DNA of 64,000 bases from an uncultured Ruminococcus sp. (GTDB lineage Bacteria > Bacillota > Clostridia > Oscillospirales > Ruminococcaceae), in the NCBI GenBank assembly GCA_934435205.1, contig CAKSAK010000001.1:542243-606242 (forward strand), written 5' to 3'. The position numbers were made by a program, and so were the translations under genes. Below the pieces are notes generated by a model that saw nothing but the letters and a program-made list of their open reading frames with translations, had not been told where the DNA came from and did no database searches. Below, piece by piece: positions 49,083 through 57,939 of this stretch; the first letter of the stretch is position 1, and every line of letters starts with the position of its first letter.

Positions 49083-49175
49083 AAAGGCCTGTCAGCATTT
49101 CGCTGTACAGGCTGTGAAAAAACAAACAAGCTAGGCTTTCCGTGCTTTCCGAACGTTTCGGAAAGCATTTTTTTA
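49083..49175 (+). terminator. Tandem rho-independent terminators
   Basis: Hairpin 1: GCCTGTCAGC...GCTGTACAGGC. Hairpin 2: perfect palindrome TGCTTTCCGAACGTTTCGGAAAGCA followed by T7. Confidence 0.75.
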
Positions 49176-49485
49176 TATCACTCTTTCTGCCGCACCGCAG
49201 GTAATTCTATAAAAAAGCCTGCCGCACACACTGATCCCCTTCATGACAACACCGTTCAATAAATTTCAAACGTCTTGCCTTTATAATTTTTTATCCACCC
49301 ATAGTATACACCTTACTTCATCGGTGCCTCGGATAATAAAAGTATAACATATAATCAATTCACTGTCAATATTTCTTTGAACAAATAGCATATAAATTGT
49401 ATATTTCAATAAAACAGCCAGAAAATTTATAGCGTTTTACACAAAATTGTCAGAAAGCATTCTCAAACAAGACACAATTTCTCCG

Positions 49486-50172
49486 CTATTTTACTTTTTT
49501 CTGCAAAATATTATCCTCTGCCCTCATAAAAAATCTGTATACATCTCCAAGAGAAGCAAGGTCACTGCATACTGTGTCCAGCAAGTTCACGTTGAAAAGC
49601 AGCTTAGGGTCTTCGCTGTCAAAGCTTACACCGATATCCTTTTTATTGAGCCACAAAGCGTCCTCACGGCTGGCATTGGGAAAATGATCACGCTTATACT
49701 CGTCACCGAACAAAACGAACTTACTGTTGTCTTTCAACGCCCTGCGTGCCTTTTTGTATTCCTGCGCCCCTGCAAGTATCATCGCCCTCATCTCGTCCAT
49801 GCTTTCCCTGTCGGTCTTGTAATATCCGCAGCCATAGCCGAAGCCGTGGGTAGAGATATAGAAATAAAACTCAGGCATGGGGTGATATTCGCTTTTATCA
49901 CGCTGGCATTTCAGCGAACACCACACGCTCTCTCTGAATATCGGTCCGCCCTTGTTGTAGCGTGCGTCTTTGTAAAGTCTTGATATCTTTTTCGGATCAC
50001 ATACTATCCTGCTGTCAATATCGTTCATTATAGGCGTCAGCGCAGTGATAAGCTCCGCAAAAGGCTCTTCTATGAGCCTGTGGTAGTCCGCCTTGTGTTC
50101 CTTGAACCATTCCTTACTGTCCCTTGTATGATTTTCAAACAAAAAGCCGATAGCTTCTTCACTAAATAGCAT
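49486..50172 (-). CDS. DUF2461-family (TIGR02453-like) conserved hypothetical protein
   Basis: N-terminus FLFENHTRDSKEWFKEHKADY matches the family's conserved opening. AAGGAG RBS. Confidence 0.55.
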   Translation of the reverse strand: MLFSEEAIGFLFENHTRDSKEWFKEHKADYHRLIEEPFAELITALTPIMNDIDSRIVCDPKKISRLYKDARYNKGGPIFRESVWCSLKCQRDKSEYHPMPEFYFYISTHGFGYGCGYYKTDRESMDEMRAMILAGAQEYKKARRALKDNSKFVLFGDEYKRDHFPNASREDALWLNKKDIGVSFDSEDPKLLFNVNLLDTVCSDLASLGDVYRFFMRAEDNILQKKVK

Positions 50173-50255
50173 TTTTCTCTCTCCTTGATGTGTTTAACTT
50201 CTTATAGTATATCACAATTTGCATTTTTAATCAAGAAAAAAAAAGTGTCAAATTA

Positions 50256-50355
50256 ACGGGCGAACACTGTTCGCCCCTACATATAAACAGCGTATTTACG
50301 CAGATTATAGAGGAGCGGCTCAATTCCTTTTTCACAGAAATGCGACGTCCCGCAT
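50256..50355. repeat. Composite repeat: REP copy plus second module (AGGAGCGG...CAGAAATGCGACGTCCCG)
   Basis: ACGGGCGAACACTGTTCGCCCCTACA at 50256-50281. Module 2 is similar to the one at 45001-45052. Confidence 0.65.
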
Positions 50356-50374
50356 ATTTATGACAAACTATTTA

Positions 50375-52132
50375 TCAAAGAGTTTTTATAACGTCCTCAG
50401 CTATCTGCTCAGGAGTAAGGTGATTTTCTTTCAGCACCTCGGCAGGGTCATAGCGGTCATAGAACTTCTTTTCAAGTCCGAAGCAAAGGGTCTTTACATG
50501 GCTGTCGCCGTAAAATCTTGCTATCTTTTCGCCAAAGCCGCCCTCAAGAACGCCGTCCTCAAGAGTGATAACTGTCTTGTGGCCAGCCTTAAGGCTTTCA
50601 AGCATTTCATTGTCAATGCCTGTGATATAGTAAGGATTTATAACAGTAGCCTTGACGCCTGTCTTTTCCTCGATAAGCTTTGCGGCTTCAACGCCAATGC
50701 CGTAGAATGAACCCAGAGCGATAACAGCAACCTGACTGCCCTTCTGTGTCATCTCATACTTGTTGAGCTTTGAAAGATCCTTTGTGAAAGGCTTGCCGTC
50801 TGAATCAAGGCTTGCAGGTACTCTTATTGCAACAGGGTGTTCGTTCTGTTCAAGGGACCAATCCAGCATTGCAAGATACTCTTCCTTTGTGACAGGTGCA
50901 AGATAAACAAGCTCAGGGATATTTGATATCATCGGTATATCGTAAATTCCAAGGTGAGTAACGTCATTCATTCCGTAAACCGAAGCCGCAAAAACAGCTA
51001 TTGTAACAGGACTTTTATTTATGCAAACGTCCTGAGAAAGCTGGTCGTAGGTACGCTGTAAGAACGAGCTGTAAACGCCGTAGAAAGGCTTTCCGCCGTT
51101 CTTTGCTATACCTGAGGCAAGTGCCATTGCGTGTTCCTCTGCAATGCCAACGTCCATAAACTGCTTGCCTGCTTTCTTTCTGATGTCAGGTGTAAAGCCG
51201 AAAACTGTCGGGGTAGCGGAGGTTATAGCACAAACGGACTTGTCAGCCTGCATTTTTTCAAGAAGATAATCGCAGGTAACAGAACCGTAATCCTCGCCCT
51301 CAGAATTGTAAAGGGACTTACCGGTTTCAGGGTCGAATGGCATATGCCAGTGCCATGTTTCCTTATCCTTTTCCGCAGGAGCATAGCCCTTGCCCTTTTG
51401 TGTTACGATGTGAACAACAACAGGCTTTTTGCTGTCCTTTACTTCCTCAAAAGCCTCAATAAGCGAAGGGATATCGTTGCCGTCCTTAACGAAAACATAG
51501 TCAAGACCCATTGCCTTGAAAAGGTTACATTCAGCCTTGCCCTCGGTATCACGGAGAAGCTTTAGATTTCTGTACATACCGCCGTGGTTTTCGGCAATAG
51601 ACATATCGTTATCGTTCACAACGATAATAAAGTTTGTATCCATTTCCCCTGCAAAGTCGATACCCTCCAGAGCTTCACCACCGCTGAGAGAACCGTCACC
51701 GATAACAGCAATAACATTGCCCTCCTCGTCCTTGAGATCTCTAGCCTTTGCAAGACCGCTTGCAAGGCTCACAGAAGTGGAAGTATGGCCAACCGTAAAA
51801 AAGTCATGCTCGCTCTCCTCTGGGTTTGTGTAGCCTGAGATATCATCGAACTTGTCAGCGTCAAGGTAGGAATCCTTTCTGCCTGTGAGCATTTTATGTG
51901 GATAGCTCTGATGTGAAACGTCAAAAACTATCTTGTCCTTGGGGGACTCAAAAACATAGTGCATTGCGATAGTGGCTTCCACCATGCCGAAGTTAGGACC
52001 AAAGTGACCGCCATGCTTGCTGAGCCTGAAAAGCAGAGCCTTTCGCATTTCCCCAGCCAGCACAGTCATTTCATCAACAGTGAGCTTTTTAACGTCCGCA
52101 GGTGAGTTTATTTTTTCAAGATACATTTTCAT
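50375..52132 (-). CDS. dxs: 1-deoxy-D-xylulose-5-phosphate synthase
   Basis: TPP-binding GGHFGPNFGMVEATIAMHYVF and DVSHQSYPHKMLTGR motifs. An alternative ATG at 52126 has better RBS spacing. Confidence 0.9.
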   Translation of the reverse strand: MKMYLEKINSPADVKKLTVDEMTVLAGEMRKALLFRLSKHGGHFGPNFGMVEATIAMHYVFESPKDKIVFDVSHQSYPHKMLTGRKDSYLDADKFDDISGYTNPEESEHDFFTVGHTSTSVSLASGLAKARDLKDEEGNVIAVIGDGSLSGGEALEGIDFAGEMDTNFIIVVNDNDMSIAENHGGMYRNLKLLRDTEGKAECNLFKAMGLDYVFVKDGNDIPSLIEAFEEVKDSKKPVVVHIVTQKGKGYAPAEKDKETWHWHMPFDPETGKSLYNSEGEDYGSVTCDYLLEKMQADKSVCAITSATPTVFGFTPDIRKKAGKQFMDVGIAEEHAMALASGIAKNGGKPFYGVYSSFLQRTYDQLSQDVCINKSPVTIAVFAASVYGMNDVTHLGIYDIPMISNIPELVYLAPVTKEEYLAMLDWSLEQNEHPVAIRVPASLDSDGKPFTKDLSKLNKYEMTQKGSQVAVIALGSFYGIGVEAAKLIEEKTGVKATVINPYYITGIDNEMLESLKAGHKTVITLEDGVLEGGFGEKIARFYGDSHVKTLCFGLEKKFYDRYDPAEVLKENHLTPEQIAEDVIKTL

Positions 52133-52292
52133 TTCCTCCTGTTTTGCTTATAATTTTTCTTAGCTTTAGCTTACTTATATTGTACCACCTGGAGTTAGCT
52201 CCAAGTCAACAGGTTGCAGAGATATTTTACATTTTATTAACAATCAGCCTAACAAAAAAGCACGATCATGCGCCGTGCTTAGTATATTTCTC

Positions 52293-52320
52293 TTGAAAAA
52301 AATTAATGCCGTGCTATAAT
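52293..52320 (+). promoter_or_regulatory. Sigma-A promoter for the small ORF
   Basis: TTGAAA, 16-nt spacer, TATAAT; AGGAAAGG RBS downstream. Confidence 0.45.
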
Positions 52321-52360
52321 TATAGTATCACCAATATCACACAGGAAAGGTCTTGAAAGC

Positions 52361-52546
52361 ATGGAATACAAAGTTATAGACATAAGTGAAGAAGATTACG
52401 GCTGCGAGGGCATACCTGAGGGCAGCGAACTCATGTGCAGCGTTTTGCTTGAAAGCTCTGACGGCACACAAAAGTGGGTGAAAATGGCTGACAGATATCT
52501 CAGAGAAAACGACATTGATATAGGCAGTGTCATCACCGCAGACTAG
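52361..52546 (+). CDS. Small acidic hypothetical protein (61 aa)
   Basis: Own promoter and RBS. Its 3' end overlaps the 3' end of the convergent 52543-53229 gene by 4 nt. Confidence 0.35.
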   Translation: MEYKVIDISEEDYGCEGIPEGSELMCSVLLESSDGTQKWVKMADRYLRENDIDIGSVITAD

Positions 52547-53229
52547 CCTGCGTCCCCCGGGATATCACGCATTATCCATGCAAGCTGTTCTTCTGTAGGC
52601 TCTTCTATCTCGTAGCCGTTGACATGATCGCCCTTGAAACATCTTTGATACAGCTCCACCCATGCAAATGTTGACAGTTTGCAATCTGCGAAGTCTTCCT
52701 TTTCACCGTTGTAAGGCAGATCTTCAGGATAACAGGTCTTGATGATAGCATTTCCATAAGGGGTACAGTCATCGAACTTACCCGAAAAAAAGCTTTCACT
52801 GCACACTCCGCTCAATGAGTATCTTGCCACAAGATATTTTTCGCCCTCTTCATAAGGGTGCTTTTTAAACGCTATCTGCGCCAGCTCGACAGTAGCTTCT
52901 GCGGCGTATATAGGACAAGGAATTAAATATCCGTTGTGAAGCTCAAAGATCTTGTCCTTGTAATGAAAAGTCTTTCGCTTTTCGATAGTGCCATATTCTG
53001 CATACTGAAAAATGTTCAGTTCAGGGTCATCGGAGTAATAGTCGGTGACATTTTCCCCTGCCTTACTGCGGAAATAGCGTTCTTTCTGTGCTTCGAGCTT
53101 GCCCCATTCCACATTTTCATCAGAGAAATAATTGCGTTCAAATTCGTCTATATCCTCCGTAAAAAATGAAGCCGTGCCGCTTGTGCATGAGGGGCAGTTT
53201 GCGTCAAATAAGGTTATTTTGTATATCAT
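52543..53229 (-). CDS. Hypothetical Cys-containing cytoplasmic protein
   Basis: GGAAAGGA RBS. 228 aa with no recognisable family motif; CPSC near the N-terminus. Confidence 0.45.
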   Translation of the reverse strand: MIYKITLFDANCPSCTSGTASFFTEDIDEFERNYFSDENVEWGKLEAQKERYFRSKAGENVTDYYSDDPELNIFQYAEYGTIEKRKTFHYKDKIFELHNGYLIPCPIYAAEATVELAQIAFKKHPYEEGEKYLVARYSLSGVCSESFFSGKFDDCTPYGNAIIKTCYPEDLPYNGEKEDFADCKLSTFAWVELYQRCFKGDHVNGYEIEEPTEEQLAWIMRDIPGDAG

Positions 53230-53338
53230 ATGAAATTCCTTTCCTAGAAGCGATAAAAATAAGCCGCAAACGTTTCTATATCATCATTATAGCATTATCC
53301 ATATCACTTTGTCAAACAAAAGAAAAGGATCAAATAGA

Positions 53339-54091
53339 TCATTCCTTCAAAGCACTGCTATCTGGCTGCAAACAGATATCGCAAATGACGACCTCCTCGC
53401 CCTCTGAACATTCTGCAATAACATTGCCCAAGGGGTCTGCGGTAATGCTTCCACCGAAAAGCTTCAGTTCTTCAAACTGACCGAACATATTCACCGAACA
53501 AAGATAAATACCGTTTTCTTTTGCGTGGGAAGTAGTCATTTCCTTGAAAAGAGCCTTGTCCTGCTCTCTCCATGCGCATGGGCAAAGCACCAGCTCTGCA
53601 CCCATTTTGGCACATTCCGACGCAGGCTCGGAGAAATTATTGTCAAAGCATATTATCACGCCCACCTTGCCGAAGTCGGTTTCCACCGTGATATAGCCGC
53701 CATCAGATGTAAAATATTTTCCTTCATCACCGAACATATGCTGTTTGCTGTAAAAATAAGCCTGTCCGTTTTTGTCGGTAAGGACTGCGCCATTGAGCAC
53801 GCCCCCGTTGTTAGCCCGTAGCATTACCCCTGCGCATATGGCAACGCCAAGCTCGCTTGACAGCTCTTTCAGCCTTGTGACAGTTTCACCGTCACGCTCC
53901 TCGCAAAGCTCTTCAAGGTGCTTTCCAAGCACAGGAAGATAATATCCACAGCCAAAAAGCTCGGGCAGACACATTATCTGCGCACCCTGCTCCGCTGCGC
54001 TTCTTATAAGCTTCTCCGCTCTGTCAAGGTTATACTCCTTGTCAAGAAGCCTTGAAGCTGTTTGTATCATTGCAAGTCTGACTTTGCTCAT
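53339..54091 (-). CDS. Carbon-nitrogen hydrolase (nitrilase-superfamily amidase)
   Basis: Glu (CLPELF), Lys and Cys (VIICFDNNF) catalytic-triad contexts. Start at MSKVRL, 8 nt after AGGAG. Confidence 0.8.
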   Translation of the reverse strand: MSKVRLAMIQTASRLLDKEYNLDRAEKLIRSAAEQGAQIMCLPELFGCGYYLPVLGKHLEELCEERDGETVTRLKELSSELGVAICAGVMLRANNGGVLNGAVLTDKNGQAYFYSKQHMFGDEGKYFTSDGGYITVETDFGKVGVIICFDNNFSEPASECAKMGAELVLCPCAWREQDKALFKEMTTSHAKENGIYLCSVNMFGQFEELKLFGGSITADPLGNVIAECSEGEEVVICDICLQPDSSALKE

Positions 54092-54124
54092 TTTTATCAC
54101 TCCTGTCGGATAGTTTTAACGCCC

Positions 54125-55351
54125 CTATAAAAACAGCTTCACTGCATTGTTGCACACAAGTTCAAAGCTTTCTATAGGCGTAAATTCAAGGGGCGAATGG
54201 CTTTTTCCGCCAATGCTTGGCATAAATATCATCGCCGTTGGTATAACATTTGCAAAAGCCTTTGCGTCATGACCTGCCCAGCTGTAAAGCTCCATTGTGT
54301 CAGGCATTTCAAGGGCTTTTATTGCCGATATCATATCCTTGTCAAATAGCTTTACCGGTGTATACGTCTCAGCTGTTATCTCGGTCTTTACGCCGTAGCT
54401 TTCTTCAAGTCTCTTCACAAAGGTTTTGAACTCCGCTGCCGTTGCTTGTGACAGGCTGTCGTCTGCTGAGCGATAATCTATCACAAGCTCAGTTTCACCC
54501 GAGATAACATTGTGTATATTCGGGCTGTTGTGAAGTCTTGCCACTGTGCAAACAAGGTCGCCGCTCTTTTTCTGACCCGTTTCCCAGACGTGAGTTATGA
54601 GTGCCGCCGCTGCCGCAAGAGAGTCCTGCCTGCCTTTCATAAACGTAGGGCCTGCGTGGTCTGAACTGCCTGTGAATTTCACGAATATCCTGCCAATGCC
54701 CACAACTCCGCAAACTATTCCAGCCTGCTTATGCTCGGTCTCAAGGACGTTTCCCTGCTCAACGTGTATCTCTAGCCAGCTTCTGTAACAGTTCTTTGCC
54801 CAGCCGCAATCACTGCCAAATGTGATATCCTTGAACAGTCTGCAATCCCCTTGCAGGTCTGCGATATTTTTGCCCTCGGCATTTCTAAATCCAAGGCATT
54901 GCTCCGCTGTCATATCCCCTGTCATAAACCTTGCGCCGAAATAGCCTTTCTGACAAATTGCGCCCTCCTCATCGGCGGTGGCGATGACTTCGATAGGATG
55001 CTTTGGCGCAATGCCGTTTTCGTGAAGCATCGATACCATTTCCAATCCGCAGACAATGCCCGCAACGCCGTCATACTTGCCTGCGTTTTTCACGCTGTCA
55101 AGGTGTGAGCCCACCGCAAAAGGCTTTTCGCCGCTGTTCAGGGGGTCGTAACGGCCGATAAGATTTCCAAAGCTGTCCATTCGGCAAGTCATTCCTGCAA
55201 GAGCAAATTCCTTTTTGAGATAGTCCACAGCGTCCGCCCAAGCGGCAGAATATGTTCGCCTTGTGATCTCGCTGTCTATCTCCGTGAATGAGCTTATCTC
55301 GTCTATCCTGCGTTGCATTCTGTTTTTATTTGATAAAAGAGCCTTTTTCAT
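54125..55351 (-). CDS. M20-family N-carbamoyl-amino-acid amidohydrolase (allantoate amidohydrolase / beta-ureidopropionase type)
   Basis: AmaB/HyuC-type architecture. Metal-binding His/Asp/Glu contexts (GSHLDSV, ADEEG). 408 aa. Confidence 0.75.
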   Translation of the reverse strand: MKKALLSNKNRMQRRIDEISSFTEIDSEITRRTYSAAWADAVDYLKKEFALAGMTCRMDSFGNLIGRYDPLNSGEKPFAVGSHLDSVKNAGKYDGVAGIVCGLEMVSMLHENGIAPKHPIEVIATADEEGAICQKGYFGARFMTGDMTAEQCLGFRNAEGKNIADLQGDCRLFKDITFGSDCGWAKNCYRSWLEIHVEQGNVLETEHKQAGIVCGVVGIGRIFVKFTGSSDHAGPTFMKGRQDSLAAAAALITHVWETGQKKSGDLVCTVARLHNSPNIHNVISGETELVIDYRSADDSLSQATAAEFKTFVKRLEESYGVKTEITAETYTPVKLFDKDMISAIKALEMPDTMELYSWAGHDAKAFANVIPTAMIFMPSIGGKSHSPLEFTPIESFELVCNNAVKLFL

Positions 55352-55371
55352 AATATTTCCTCTTTTCTAAT

Positions 55372-56721
55372 TCACTTTGTATTTGAATATTCCCAAACCT
55401 TTTCTCCGCCTGCATATAACGCCTCGACCCTGCTGTGAAGCTTTGTGTTGCCGTATATCACCCCATTGTGAGCGACTTTTGTCAGCATATTTTTCTCGTC
55501 CATAACATATGGCTGACAGTTCATATCCAGCACCGCAAGGTCGGCTTTGAAGCCCTCTTTAATAAGCCCTTTGTCCATTATGCCGAAGCGCTTGCAGGCA
55601 TTATATGAACTAAGCTCCGCCGATTTTTCTATGGTCAGCCTGCCCATTTTGACAAGCTCAAAAAGCAGCCGAAGTGACATTTCTATTCCCGGCAACCCGT
55701 CCGCCGAAGCCCATACAGAGCCATGGGGGGCTTTTTCATCAGGGGTGAAAGGTGCGTGGTCACTGCCAAGATAAAAGAAGTCGCTGTGCGCCACGATATC
55801 AAGAAGCTCGTCACGATCTTCTCGGCTTCTGAACGGTGGCTTCATTCGGGCATATCCTCCTTGACACGCCATATCTTCATCGCAGTAAAAAAGATAATGC
55901 AGAGTAGTTTCGCCGCAGATATCTACTCCACGCTGCCTTGCGGCTATAATAAGCCTTGCAGCCTTTGCGGTGCTGACGTGGGCAACATTGACCTTGCAGC
56001 CTGTTTTCTCTGCACACCTTATGGCTGTTTCCACCGCCTTTATCTCGGAGATATCAGGGTGTGAGCTGAAATATGCTCCTGCGCCGTCAGCGCCCTGTGC
56101 TTTGAGCCTTGCGGTCTCACGATTGATGATGTCATAGTCCTCACAATGGATAGTAAGTGAAAGACCGGTCTGCTTCACCGCCGCCATTATCTTTTCAAGC
56201 GCCTGCTCGTCAGGAGCGCAAAGCCCCACAAATTCACATTCTCGACCTTTCAGCGGTGGGTTCATAAAAGTCTTGAAGCCCACCGCTCCGCACTCCGCAA
56301 GCTCTGGGAGTCTATCAAGGTTATCAAAGCCTGCTCCAGCATACATTCTGAAATCTGTTATGCTGTCACGGAGCATTTCCGCCCTGCGCTTTTCAAAAGA
56401 AGCCTTATCCACCACAGGGGTCTTGCCGCCCGGCATTTCAAAGAACGTTCCCACGCCACCAGACGCCGCAGCGGTCGAGCCCGAGCGAAAGTCCTCACGA
56501 TAGGCAAATCCGCCGCCCCTGATGTGGGTGTGGGTGTCGATCATTGCAGGGATAACAAGCCGTCCTGAAAGATCTGCGCTGCGCTTTGCGTCCTCAAGCT
56601 TTGCACCATTCTCAGCGACTTGCGTTATGATACCGTCCTTTATGCCGATATCAGCGCTTCTTATGCCGTTTTTGTCGCAAAGCTTTGCATTTAAAATATT
56701 CAGGTCATTAAAAGCTTTCAT
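55372..56721 (-). CDS. Dihydropyrimidinase/hydantoinase-type cyclic amidohydrolase
   Basis: DTHTHI metal-binding HxH. Carbamylated-Lys context GFKTFM. Start ATG overlaps the preA stop (ATGA). Confidence 0.8.
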   Translation of the reverse strand: MKAFNDLNILNAKLCDKNGIRSADIGIKDGIITQVAENGAKLEDAKRSADLSGRLVIPAMIDTHTHIRGGGFAYREDFRSGSTAAASGGVGTFFEMPGGKTPVVDKASFEKRRAEMLRDSITDFRMYAGAGFDNLDRLPELAECGAVGFKTFMNPPLKGRECEFVGLCAPDEQALEKIMAAVKQTGLSLTIHCEDYDIINRETARLKAQGADGAGAYFSSHPDISEIKAVETAIRCAEKTGCKVNVAHVSTAKAARLIIAARQRGVDICGETTLHYLFYCDEDMACQGGYARMKPPFRSREDRDELLDIVAHSDFFYLGSDHAPFTPDEKAPHGSVWASADGLPGIEMSLRLLFELVKMGRLTIEKSAELSSYNACKRFGIMDKGLIKEGFKADLAVLDMNCQPYVMDEKNMLTKVAHNGVIYGNTKLHSRVEALYAGGEKVWEYSNTK

Positions 56722-57914
56722 TTTCTCACCATTCTTATTGCGCCAACAGGACATATCTGAGAGCAAAGTCCGCAGCCGTCACATTTTTCCTTGCTGCAAA
56801 AAGCTTTCTTGTCTGTGATATCTATTGCGCTGTAACCATTGTCTTCACAGCTTATCTTGCACTTACCACAGCCTATGCACTTTTCTGTGTCAATGCAAGC
56901 ACACATTTTATATGCCCTGTTGAGCTGGTTGTGCTTTACGATATTTTCAAGAGCCTTTCCGCAGAAGTCTGAAATAGTTTCATATCCCGACTTTTCCATA
57001 TACTCCACAAGCCCTTTGGACATATTTTTCACAATGCCATAACCGCTTTCCATTACTGCCGAACACACCTGCAAGGTGCTTGCACCGACGGCAATGAACT
57101 CTGCGCAATCGTGCCAATCGTATATGCCTCCCGTTGCCGATATAGGCAGACCCGTTGCCATTGAAAGCTGTGCAACGCTTCGCAAAGCTATGGGCTTTAG
57201 CGGTCGGCCGCTCAGACCTTGAAATGCGCTTTTTCCGTCAACGCTGTTGAAAGGCACCATTGTTTCAAGGTCAATGCCAGGCAGAGAGCTTATGGTGTTT
57301 ATCGCTGTCAGTGCTCTCGCTCCCCCACGTTTTGCCGCAAGACCCTTTGAAGGCAGGTCAGCGGTGAGTGCTGTAAGCTTTGGCATAACAGGCTTTGAAG
57401 TGGTGGAAGTTACCCAGCCCACCACCTTTTCTATCATAACGTCATTTGCGCCGATAGCAGCTCCGCCGCCGCTCTCAGCCTGTCCGTGAGAGCAGGATAG
57501 ATTCAGCTCAAAAGCGTCCGCACCTGCTTGATCAAATGCTTTGGTCAGCTCTTTCCACTCGCTTTCATGAAGCTCGTCAGAATGGATAAGGCTGGATATC
57601 ACCGTCTTTTCAGGAAATCTTTCTTTCAGCCAGCGTATACCCTTGACAAATTCTTCGATAGTTTTTGGGCTTCCGATCTCGAAATTCGTGAAAGCTTCTA
57701 TCTTTCCGTTTCTTTTCACCGCCCTTATCCTCGGGTTGACGTTTCGCTTTATGAACCTAGGGGAATACTGTGCGGTCTTTAAAACTGCACCGCCCCAGCC
57801 TGCTTCAAAGGCTCTTGCGATCTGATCGAAATTTGTTGTTGGCGGCGCAGAAGCAAGAATGAATGGGCTGTCCATTTCTATCCCTGCGAAATTTGTTCTG
57901 AGTGTTGCTGACAT
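56718..57914 (-). CDS. preA: PreA-type dihydropyrimidine dehydrogenase catalytic subunit (DHOD-like TIM barrel plus C-terminal 2x[4Fe-4S] ferredoxin)
   Basis: FMN-barrel motifs. C-terminal CIGCGKCKISC...CDGCGLCSQICP. ATG at 57914 is 9 nt after GGAG; the longer ORF begins with TTG. Confidence 0.75.
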   Translation of the reverse strand: MSATLRTNFAGIEMDSPFILASAPPTTNFDQIARAFEAGWGGAVLKTAQYSPRFIKRNVNPRIRAVKRNGKIEAFTNFEIGSPKTIEEFVKGIRWLKERFPEKTVISSLIHSDELHESEWKELTKAFDQAGADAFELNLSCSHGQAESGGGAAIGANDVMIEKVVGWVTSTTSKPVMPKLTALTADLPSKGLAAKRGGARALTAINTISSLPGIDLETMVPFNSVDGKSAFQGLSGRPLKPIALRSVAQLSMATGLPISATGGIYDWHDCAEFIAVGASTLQVCSAVMESGYGIVKNMSKGLVEYMEKSGYETISDFCGKALENIVKHNQLNRAYKMCACIDTEKCIGCGKCKISCEDNGYSAIDITDKKAFCSKEKCDGCGLCSQICPVGAIRMVRK

Positions 57915-57939
57915 ATATCTCAACTCCAAATACTATATC

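Noticed and set aside
3469-50355. Possible CRISPR array built from the recurring GGGCGAAC...GTTCGCCC repeats
   Set aside because: The repeats are perfect palindromes and irregularly spaced (from 45 bp to more than 10 kb). They are scattered in separate intergenic regions with no uniform spacers, so they are REP-like rather than CRISPR.
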